A DNA stretch of 59,220 bases from a virus. Taxonomy: Duplodnaviria; Caudoviricetes. The notes beneath the pieces are model-generated. The model saw nothing but the letters and a program-made list of their open reading frames with translations. It did not search any database and had not been told where the DNA came from. Location: positions 1-59,220 of IMG/VR virus record IMGVR_UViG_3300034012_001519, one strand, 5' to 3'. The translations under genes were made by a program, and so were the position numbers. Of this stretch, positions 16,812 to 24,755 are shown piece after piece (position 1 is the first letter of the stretch; every line of letters starts with the position of its first letter).

Positions 16812-17624
16812 TCATGCCTGAAGAATGGGCAGGTGTTTGATGGCAGACATAATCGCCTTGCCACCATGCCCGGGAATGTAAACGTCCACCAGTTGCAGCC
16901 CGGCTTTGCGCCTTCCGGCACCGTCGCACAGGTTGCATGTCTCACAGGTCAGCCGCTTCCCGGCCTCGGCGGATGCCGGGCAGAGAACCTCCGAATCGTC
17001 CGGCTCGCCATCCCGCATGGTGCGGAACGTCCGCCAGCCGAGACTCTTGGCATGCTCCCGGGACCAAGGCCCGCGCTTCCCATGGACTGACGCCATGAGG
17101 AACCGCTGGTAGTCCCGATACGCCAGGTTGCTCCACTGGTGGGTGTAGCCCGTCCAGCCAGCCGAAAGACTGGCCAGATGCTGCACCAGCTCCAGGGGAA
17201 TCAGCACCGGCTCACCGTAGGTGCCGAAACGCACCTTGCGACCCCGGATGTATTCGTCATGCAGGGCCGGCACATAGTCCACATAGCGTCCCCTGCGGAA
17301 CGCCCCATAGACCATGGCTGGACCCTGCCCGACGTTGACATAGCAGGCCCGGAACTTACGCTTGCCGCGTTTCCGAACCATCAGCCCTTGCAGCGGACAG
17401 GCATGCTCGCCTGTGCCGCAGATGGCACCATCGCCACCCGTGCGCACCGCCTGGACCGGATGCACATGCGACCTAATGATGTAGGTCTGGAGCATCTTGC
17501 CGGTCTTAATGTTCCCAGACTTGCCCAGTGGCATGATGACCACATAGGGCGAGCCGTCGAACGGCGACCGGCCTCGGTGCAGAATGACACCGAGCGGCTT
17601 GGCGGTGCGTGATCTTGCGACCAT
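16812..17624 (-). CDS. Cys-rich phage protein, gp88/DUF7227-like (possible Fe-S, radical-SAM-like fold)
   Basis: N.KTG.M.QT, ICG...CP...CYV, VRFGTYGEP, TGYTHQW, CPA...TC..C.LC. Confidence 0.6.
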   Translation of the reverse strand: MVARSRTAKPLGVILHRGRSPFDGSPYVVIMPLGKSGNIKTGKMLQTYIIRSHVHPVQAVRTGGDGAICGTGEHACPLQGLMVRKRGKRKFRACYVNVGQGPAMVYGAFRRGRYVDYVPALHDEYIRGRKVRFGTYGEPVLIPLELVQHLASLSAGWTGYTHQWSNLAYRDYQRFLMASVHGKRGPWSREHAKSLGWRTFRTMRDGEPDDSEVLCPASAEAGKRLTCETCNLCDGAGRRKAGLQLVDVYIPGHGGKAIMSAIKHLPILQA

Positions 17625-17894
17625 ACGCACCTCCGTGAAAGAACCGACTACCAGAAACGGCAGCCGAATAGCCCCCTACTGGCACCACGGCGGCATGGAA
17701 TGCGACAGGGAACCCGCCGCGTGTACCATCTTCCGCGAACTACTCCCGCTGCTGATCGCAGGGAGTTTTGATGTCAGCCCAGAGGGGGCTATTCGGACAC
17801 CGTAGAAACGGCAACCGAACCCGGGCAGGCAGCATTCGGACTTACCTGGGCAATCGCCCGTTAGCCGCAGCCACCTGCCCGGGATCGAATCCCG

Positions 17895-18209
17895 TCAAAC
17901 CAGATGCAGTTCCTGCCGCGCGTCGGCGTCCCATTCCTGCGGGCCTTCCGACTCGCAGCGGTACGCATACTGCACGGCTTCGTCGTTATCCCCGTCGAAC
18001 ACGGCATCTACCGATAGGTAACTGCCGAAATCATGGGGGTTCGACTTGATCACCAGTGAGCAACCCTCTGGCGGCTCCCCGAACATCCGAATCAACTGTC
18101 GCCGGAAGGAGTGGCACTCCGCACGGGCCCGAGCCCGATAATCGTCCGCTCCGACCTGCGCACAGTCCTCCCCGTATGGGGCAGAACCGATATACAGGCT
18201 GTCTCGCAT
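17895..18209 (-). CDS. Conserved phage hypothetical protein (IG..P..E.CAQVG...HDFG.Y)
   Basis: Recognisable motif; GGAGGTG SD. Confidence 0.7.
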   Translation of the reverse strand: MRDSLYIGSAPYGEDCAQVGADDYRARARAECHSFRRQLIRMFGEPPEGCSLVIKSNPHDFGSYLSVDAVFDGDNDEAVQYAYRCESEGPQEWDADARQELHLV

Positions 18210-18218
18210 CGACACCTC

Positions 18219-18419
18219 CTACAGGTCGATTTCCACATATCGCAGGCGATCCCTGCGAACATCGAACCGCTCGCAGACGCGACGTTCAAAGTCGATCTGC
18301 GACTCATCGGGCCGGAAGTTGTCCTGCCCGAGGAATACGAATTGCCCAGGCCCGAACCCGGGCGCAGCAGTGAAAATCTTCACCACTGCCCAGGCCCGCC
18401 TGTACGGACTGTTGCTCAT
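18219..18419 (-). CDS. Hypothetical early protein
   Basis: GGAGG SD; first gene of the leftward array. Confidence 0.55.
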   Translation of the reverse strand: MSNSPYRRAWAVVKIFTAAPGFGPGQFVFLGQDNFRPDESQIDFERRVCERFDVRRDRLRYVEIDL

Positions 18420-18642
18420 AGCAACCTCCAAGGAATTGGCCTCATCAGCGCCAGCATAACTGGCGGACTGGACGCCTGTCCAGTTTCGGCCTGGGTTACC
18501 GAGACGTTTGCCCAGAATCGGCATTTAAGGGGCCGGTTTTCCCCACATCGCTCAAGGCGACCGGATGGCACCAAGCAAGGCGACACCTCCTTTACTGTAA
18601 CTGCCCGCATGCACAGGAAGTAAACCGTTTACTCCCCGTGCC

Positions 18643-18700
18643 GTCCGTTGGATCGGACGATAGATAGCGGACTGACGGCGGAACAAAAATCCGAAAATCT
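18643..18700 (-). promoter_or_regulatory. Sigma70-like early promoter copy 1 (TTGTTC-N18-TATCGT)
   Basis: Imperfect direct repeat of 18791-18848; A/T-rich upstream element; points into the early array. Confidence 0.55.
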
Positions 18701-18790
18701 TTGTGCCGCCGCTGCCCGTAGAATCCAAGGCAGACACCGTATCGTCACGGCCGAACGTGCGAAACGGACGTTGATACCGTCCGTTCGTTC

Positions 18791-18848
18791 GTCCGTTGGT
18801 GGCGATGATATATGACGGACTGCGGGCGGAACAATTCCGGAAAATAAT
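18791..18848 (-). promoter_or_regulatory. Sigma70-like early promoter copy 2 (TTGTTC-N18-TATCAT)
   Basis: Repeat of copy 1 with the same internal spacing. Confidence 0.55.
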
Positions 18849-18850
18849 TC

Positions 18851-18878
18851 TTGCGGCCGATGGAATAGCCGATACTAT
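18851..18878 (+). promoter_or_regulatory. Divergent sigma70-like promoter (TTGCGG-N16-TACTAT)
   Basis: Upstream of ORF 18952; AT-rich context. Confidence 0.4.
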
Positions 18879-18951
18879 ATATGAACCGCTTGGAATGTTT
18901 CCCGGCGGAATTGTTACCGGTTCAGTCCGCTATATATTGGAGGGTACGACA

Positions 18952-19869
18952 ATGGAAACGAACGAACGGAACCCGCTTAAGTGGTCAAACGACACCGCCG
19001 CCGCCGCGTTGCGGATCGTCGCGAGTTATGTGCGCAAGTGGTCTGGCACTGACAGCCCCCACACTCTCTCACCGGAAGAACGGGAGGAGATAACGTCGCG
19101 GATCGTCATGGACGTTATGACAGGGACGATACCGGCCGAAATCGCCCCGCTTCATTACGTTTTCCGAACGTGTCGCCGTTGGAGGGTGAAGGGATGGAAC
19201 GGCGACACGGAAACGGATCGGATCCGGAAACGTGCCGAACGTGCCGCCGCAAAGAAAAGCCTACGGGATCCCGGGAGTAGTGAGAGCGAGGAAAGCCGGA
19301 ATAAATCCCCGTTTCGGGGAGTTTCCGACGATGCCAGACAGCCCCGGCCGGACAGAATCCTAGAGGCTATCGAAACCGCGACCCTGGAAGGGCTAAGGTA
19401 CGTTTCGGATCGGCAACGCAAGGCCCGCCGCCGCCCGGTGAAGGGACGGCCGGAACGGACCCGATACCGTGTCACAATCGTCGGCACGGTAGGGCGACCC
19501 ATGGCCGGACGCGCTCCGAACGGCCGTCCGTTGTACTGGCCCGGTTCCGCGACACGGGTCGCCTACGAACCGCTGCCGCCCACAATGGAAGTGGATCGGC
19601 AGGGACGGCCGCACGTTCCCTACGTTGGAACTGTGGAGAATCGGAAAATCGGCAAGGCTAAGACGGCAGCACTGGGGAAGGACGATATCGGAACCGCCGC
19701 CGCTGCCATGGCAATCCTAGGACGAACGGAGTGCCGCCGGTTCAATCGGCCGGACGTTCCAACGTCAGGGGTTCCAGCCATGGCAGGGGACGGGACGGCC
19801 GTCCGGACGTTGGCCTATAGCCTTGCCGATGAAATGGCACGGGCGGCAGGGAAACGGGCGGCAGGGTAG
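18952..19869 (+). CDS. Basic orphan protein; N-terminus weakly reminiscent of sigma region 2
   Basis: 305-aa ORF with GGAGGG SD; Arg-rich. Confidence 0.6.
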   Translation: METNERNPLKWSNDTAAAALRIVASYVRKWSGTDSPHTLSPEEREEITSRIVMDVMTGTIPAEIAPLHYVFRTCRRWRVKGWNGDTETDRIRKRAERAAAKKSLRDPGSSESEESRNKSPFRGVSDDARQPRPDRILEAIETATLEGLRYVSDRQRKARRRPVKGRPERTRYRVTIVGTVGRPMAGRAPNGRPLYWPGSATRVAYEPLPPTMEVDRQGRPHVPYVGTVENRKIGKAKTAALGKDDIGTAAAAMAILGRTECRRFNRPDVPTSGVPAMAGDGTAVRTLAYSLADEMARAAGKRAAG

Positions 19870-19877
19870 GCCATGCA

Positions 19878-19918
19878 TGCCAACCGGGGCCCGGGATTGA
19901 AACCGGCCCCGGTTGGCA
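19878..19918. terminator. Perfect 14-bp inverted repeat after ORF 18952-19869
   Basis: TGCCAACCGGGGCC/GGCCCCGGTTGGCA; no U-tract, so terminator function is uncertain. Confidence 0.45.
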
Positions 19919-20258
19919 ACCTTACGAAATCGAAAGCCGATCAGGTAGACTCACGGCAACGGCTAAAGCCTTGCCAGTGCTAGACTTAGGGAAAGGGGCT
20001 TGGAGGGTTAGCCTTGCCGAAAGGTAGCCCCCCAAGCCCCCCCAGTCGCCGCGCAGGATCATGTCAATTCCCCTCCTGACTTTTTTCACCCCCGTGGCCC
20101 CCACATGTTTCCCCCGGTCATTCCCGCTCCCACCCGCCCACCGTCCCACTTTCCCGCCGCGTGTCGCCAGAGCCTCTGGCGTGCGTTTTAACGGCCGCTA
20201 GCCTCCCGTGACGCCTGTGGACACTTGTCTACTAGGATCGGGCGTCTGGAGGCTTCCT

Positions 20259-21074
20259 ATGCCGTGTGCGTGCTGTAATCGCGGGTGCTGCTGCTTGGAC
20301 GGTGCCAAGGATGAAGTTCGCACCACGCAAGAGGAGTGCGAAGGGTCTGGCGGCACCTGGACCTCTGGCATGCGGTGCGATGACCCCTGCATGTGCTGCG
20401 TGTACAAGTTCCTGTGCTTTGAGAAGGTGGAGTCCTTCTTCGGCCCCGTGGCTGCCGACACGCCCGTTGGTTCACGCCCCACGCTCTCGGATCCGATTCC
20501 GGCCAGCCAGCCAACCGGGACCATCACTATTTCCAACGAGTCTGGCTACAACGCGGTCGCCGTCAAAGGCTGCGCGGGCGCGGCCCTGGGGCATCAGAGC
20601 TATGCCGGCCCATTCCCCGGATGTTACACAACCAATCCGTGCGGCCCTGGCGTGTATGAGAGCATGTGCCGGCAGTGGTACTACCGCACGCGGGTGGTGG
20701 CGTCTTGCGTGGACTGCAACGGCTCCGAGTATGACCCGGGGGAGACGCAGACTCCAGTTGTCACCTCAGAGGAGATGCAGTTCCCGGACGGCAATGTGAC
20801 CTGCTGCTTTGAGGAAGGCGTGGAGCCAGAGACGGTGGCGTCCTGCGACGAGTGCGTAGACGCGCGTGGCACGGGATACCCGTACTACGATCCCCCGTTA
20901 TGCAACGACAACGGTCAGGGCTGTCCCGTCAGCCGGGTTACAGCACTGCAATGCGTGCCGATTACCACCACGTATTGCAGCACCGCCGATGCGGCCTCTT
21001 TGACGCCACCGAAGTTCTCGGACTGCGTTGAGCAGACTGGTGTCCTGCTGTGCCAGGACAATGAGTTCCCATGA
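20259..21074 (+). CDS. Very Cys-rich protein
   Basis: GGAGG SD; starts MPCACCNRGCCC with Cys throughout. Confidence 0.7.
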   Translation: MPCACCNRGCCCLDGAKDEVRTTQEECEGSGGTWTSGMRCDDPCMCCVYKFLCFEKVESFFGPVAADTPVGSRPTLSDPIPASQPTGTITISNESGYNAVAVKGCAGAALGHQSYAGPFPGCYTTNPCGPGVYESMCRQWYYRTRVVASCVDCNGSEYDPGETQTPVVTSEEMQFPDGNVTCCFEEGVEPETVASCDECVDARGTGYPYYDPPLCNDNGQGCPVSRVTALQCVPITTTYCSTADAASLTPPKFSDCVEQTGVLLCQDNEFP

Positions 21075-21529
21075 TCACCGGCAAGACCATCAACTTCCTC
21101 ATTCGGTGCCATGAGCGCGGCTACACGCTGGATGAGGTGCGTGGCTGCGTGATCCGCATGGATGAACGCGAGATCACGGTGGACGAGTCGCACCCGAGCT
21201 ACCCGCGGGCCGTCAAGCCTGGCTATTCGCCCCACGGTCCCAAGCCTGGCGACATCACCCGCGCCGACGCCCCGTCGTTCCTGAAGAAGGTGAAGAACTT
21301 CGCCGTCGCATCGGCCAAGCATGTGGCTGCTGGCATGCCCATGGCCTCCGACGCCGAGATCCTACGGCGGCATGACATCTGCCAGGGGTGCGAGTTTTTC
21401 AAGGACAACTCCTGCCAGAAATGCGGGTGCCCCGTCAGCCGCACCAAGAAGTACATCTCCAAGCTCTCTTGGGCGGACCAGGAATGCCCCGTTGGGAAGT
21501 GGGGCAAGGAAACGCAAACGGCGTCTTAA
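21071..21529 (+). CDS. Protein with a C-terminal Cys cluster (R..IC..C...C.KCGC...CP..KW)
   Basis: Motif common in phage proteins; ATGA coupling. Confidence 0.7.
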   Translation: MITGKTINFLIRCHERGYTLDEVRGCVIRMDEREITVDESHPSYPRAVKPGYSPHGPKPGDITRADAPSFLKKVKNFAVASAKHVAAGMPMASDAEILRRHDICQGCEFFKDNSCQKCGCPVSRTKKYISKLSWADQECPVGKWGKETQTAS

Positions 21530-21551
21530 AGGCACTTGTCGATAGGGGCCC

Positions 21552-22043
21552 ATGCGAGACGCAATCTTCAATCCGGACGGCGACGATGAGGAGGTCGGAC
21601 CATTCCTGGCTCCCGAGGAACCCAATGCCCTCCAGGGCTTTGGGCAGCCGCAACCTCCCCGTAGGCCCCGCCGCCCCCCGCCGGCCCGCCAGCCCGTTCC
21701 GCCCACAGTCATAGGATCAGGAATCATGTACGAAGACGGCTCGGATTTCGTCCGCGGTGGGTACAACATGGCCGCCGCCCACAACGCCCAGCTCGGCAGC
21801 CACCTGGCTGGCATGGCCAATCAGGTGCAAGGCGCCCTGTCGGACGAAAACGACTCCCGCGTAGCCCAGATGCGGGAAATGCGCCGCATGGAGCATGAGA
21901 AGGAACTGGAGCGCATTCGCCAGGATGCCCTGCTCAAGCGGCTCCAGATGCAGCAGGAGATTGAATCGCGCCGGCAGCGAGCGTCCAGGGAGTCCGAGGA
22001 CCGTGCCAACGGCGTCTTCTACAGCACACGCTGGGAGAAGTGA
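21552..22043 (+). CDS. Hypothetical coiled-coil protein
   Basis: ORF immediately after the promoter-like motif. Confidence 0.65.
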   Translation: MRDAIFNPDGDDEEVGPFLAPEEPNALQGFGQPQPPRRPRRPPPARQPVPPTVIGSGIMYEDGSDFVRGGYNMAAAHNAQLGSHLAGMANQVQGALSDENDSRVAQMREMRRMEHEKELERIRQDALLKRLQMQQEIESRRQRASRESEDRANGVFYSTRWEK

Positions 22044-22095
22044 GCGATCCGTGCGTGAACCCGTTCTGGTTTTTGTGGGACTATGAAGAAGACTG

Positions 22096-22371
22096 ATGGA
22101 CGCTGAAGGCGACAAGATCCGCAGGCTGAGATCCGACGCATGGACTCGCAAGGAAGGCCAAGATCCTGACGGTGGCCTGAATGCCCGCGGTCGGGCGGCC
22201 TACAACCGCGAGCATGGCGCCAATCTCAAGCCGCCGCAGCCACAAGGCGGCCCCAGGCGAGACTCGTTTTGTGCCAGGATGCAGGGCATGAAGGACAAGT
22301 TGACCAGCAAGGAAACGGCCAACGACCCCAACAGCCGCATCAACAAGTCGCTGCGAGCATGGAACTGCTGA
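22096..22371 (+). CDS. DUF6321-like conserved phage protein
   Basis: AWTRKEG...GGLN..GR...SFCARM...DPNSRINKSLRAWNC. Confidence 0.75.
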   Translation: MDAEGDKIRRLRSDAWTRKEGQDPDGGLNARGRAAYNREHGANLKPPQPQGGPRRDSFCARMQGMKDKLTSKETANDPNSRINKSLRAWNC

Positions 22372-23850
22372 ATGGCCAAACCTGACGATGCCGGCCGCGT
22401 TATCGCCGGCCTCCTGACCTACAACCCAGGCCCCGGGATCTACTCCCGCCTGGAGCGTGCCATCCAGGCCATGCCTGAGAACGTCCGCACGCAGGAACTC
22501 CCTGGCCTGCTGAAACGCTACAAGGACGGCGTTCCCGGGTGGGAGCTGAAGGCCGTGGACCTGGACTCCGTGATCGGCCAACGTCCGGCCGTGTCTCGGG
22601 AAGAGCTGCTCCAGGCCGTCAAAGAACGCAGCCCGGTGTATACGCACAAGGAAGTGGTGCTAGGCGGGAATCCGGCGGCAACAGAAACGCCGCCCGTGTA
22701 TGAATCTCCGGACGTTTTCAGCTTTAATCCGACTATAGATCCGGTTCATTCGGACGCACCGTCGCCTATCGGTTCTGGTGTGTCGCACGGCAGGCCACGG
22801 TTTGAAAACTACGGCCAGGGGGGAGAGAGGTATTCAGAACTGCTTTTAATCGACCCGTCGAACCCAGCGCGTGACTTGCCGCACCCCCACCACTTTCATC
22901 CAGACTACCCAGGCAATCCACTGGATGTTGCGAGTAAAGAAACCAGGCGGGCTGCTGCCGCAGGAACTGTGGGGCACGCTCGCTTTGACACTCATGGCGA
23001 TGCGCTGCGAATCAACGAAATCCAGTCAGACATCAACAACTTCAACATTAAGTCCCAGAAAGACAGGGCGCCGAGGCAAGGTCGCACAGAGTCGGATGCT
23101 GACTACCAAGAGGCGTTGCAGAACGCAGGATGGCGATTCAATCTTGGAGATGATGGCGAAATTGTTGGTGAGCCGTTTCGGCGACAGCTTCCGTTTGCCT
23201 TGGAAGACGCATGGAGCGACCTGCTGATTAAGCGGCTGGCTCTAGAGGCAGCACGGCAGGGGCATCGCGCAATAGAGGTCGTAAGCCCAAGGGCCGCAGC
23301 GATCTCTGGCGGCGACATGGATCATCTTCAGCACCTGTACGGCAAGGTAGTGCCCGGCGCGTTGGAGCGGTTAGGCAGGAAGATGGGCGGGCTGACCGAT
23401 GACACGCCGACCGCTCCCAGCCAGTCGGACTACCGCAATCAGGTCCGCACGGAAGTTGCCGAGATAGCCGCGGACGCAAGGATGCGACTCCCGCCAGATG
23501 TGCATCCGCACTACAGACAGCTTGCGCGGGCGATCTCCGACAACCTGTTCCCAGAAACAATCATGGAAGAGGCGGAGCAGCTCGCCCGTTCCTTGGAGGA
23601 ATCAGGACGCCCATCCGCCAACCTGATGCCGGGCCTCATGCGGCTTGCGGAGCGTGACGCCGCGGCGATGAATGCGTGGGAGAACGTGCGTGAGCTGGAG
23701 CCTATTGGCACCTCGCAATCCGCACCACCCGGCCGCCGCTACCTCATGTCCGACGAAATGCGCCGCCGTCTCATTGAAGGTGGCGTAGGCGCGGCTGTAG
23801 CCACAGGCATCATGTCCCAAGACGATCTCATCGACAGGCTCAACCAGTAA
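22372..23850 (+). CDS. Stand-alone polyvalent-protein-type domain (probable virion-delivered protein)
   Basis: YSRLERAI...HARF...L.I.EIQSD...W.DL.IKR....AA..G...Y.K.VP motifs seen in large polyvalent/internal virion proteins. Confidence 0.55.
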   Translation: MAKPDDAGRVIAGLLTYNPGPGIYSRLERAIQAMPENVRTQELPGLLKRYKDGVPGWELKAVDLDSVIGQRPAVSREELLQAVKERSPVYTHKEVVLGGNPAATETPPVYESPDVFSFNPTIDPVHSDAPSPIGSGVSHGRPRFENYGQGGERYSELLLIDPSNPARDLPHPHHFHPDYPGNPLDVASKETRRAAAAGTVGHARFDTHGDALRINEIQSDINNFNIKSQKDRAPRQGRTESDADYQEALQNAGWRFNLGDDGEIVGEPFRRQLPFALEDAWSDLLIKRLALEAARQGHRAIEVVSPRAAAISGGDMDHLQHLYGKVVPGALERLGRKMGGLTDDTPTAPSQSDYRNQVRTEVAEIAADARMRLPPDVHPHYRQLARAISDNLFPETIMEEAEQLARSLEESGRPSANLMPGLMRLAERDAAAMNAWENVRELEPIGTSQSAPPGRRYLMSDEMRRRLIEGGVGAAVATGIMSQDDLIDRLNQ

Positions 23851-24755
23851 TGGCCGACATCTACGACCGCATCCAGCAGGCAATGGACGAAACGGCACAG
23901 ATGCCGCGTCAGCCCTACCCTTCCATGTTGAGCGTAGTGGCTAATCATCCAGGTGTCTTGGGCCATCAGATCCTCACCAACGAGGAGTACCAGCAGAAGC
24001 TCAAGTACGCCGCCCTGATGGAGCGGTTGCAGAAGATCCAGGAAGAGGACGCTCCGGGGTTTAACCAGGCGGTGATCTACAGAGAGCCCACCGTCAGCAG
24101 CATGACGGGCGAAGGCTACATGCGGGATGTGGTCGGCAGAGAGCTGAAGTTTGATGACATCGACCGCTCGCCCTACCGGGAGCGTGGCATGCTTTCTCCA
24201 GGGATGCCGCTCCGCAACGCCTTTGATGTGGTGCAGGCCCCGTTCTCTGTGGCAGCGAACACCGCTCGGGCCGCCTGGGACTTGGATAAGGCGGCCGAGA
24301 ACGCTCCGCACGTAGCCAACAAAGCGACGGGCGGTCTTTGGAATGCCGTCCAGGGCAAGGATCCCAATGAGGCGTGGGCCGCGGAGCGTGATCTGGTCGG
24401 AAAGATTCCGTTCAACCATACGCTCATGTTTCAGACAAAGGGCAACCCAGGCGCCGCCCTGCCGCAACTTCCGGACAAAGGCATTGTCGAAGGCCCGCAA
24501 GTGCTGAAGGAAGACTTCGGCTTCCCTGACAACTGGAAGACCGACATGGCGGGCTATGCATTAGAGGCCGCCGCAGACCCCGTTACCGGAGCCACGGCCG
24601 CAATCCGCCATCTATCCAAGGGACTGAGGGCCGCAGCGCCAGCGGCCCGAGCAGCCCATGCACTGCGAGCGGGCAGTCTCTTCGGCCAAGAGATGGCCAT
24701 GCCTGCAACATGGGTTGGCATCGGTGAGGCGAACCGCAGGATGGAGGACGAGTAG
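23850..24755 (+). CDS. Hypothetical (probable internal virion) protein
   Basis: Coupled ORF; Ala-rich C-terminus with a DP.TG motif. Confidence 0.6.
   Translation: MADIYDRIQQAMDETAQMPRQPYPSMLSVVANHPGVLGHQILTNEEYQQKLKYAALMERLQKIQEEDAPGFNQAVIYREPTVSSMTGEGYMRDVVGRELKFDDIDRSPYRERGMLSPGMPLRNAFDVVQAPFSVAANTARAAWDLDKAAENAPHVANKATGGLWNAVQGKDPNEAWAAERDLVGKIPFNHTLMFQTKGNPGAALPQLPDKGIVEGPQVLKEDFGFPDNWKTDMAGYALEAAADPVTGATAAIRHLSKGLRAAAPAARAAHALRAGSLFGQEMAMPATWVGIGEANRRMEDE

Larger units (their letters stand above)
15518..16813 (-). repeat. Six copies of the junction sequence (G)AGGTGTGACATG
   Basis: catgtcacacct(c) at 15518, 16044, 16219, 16451, 16587 and 16801. Confidence 0.9.
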
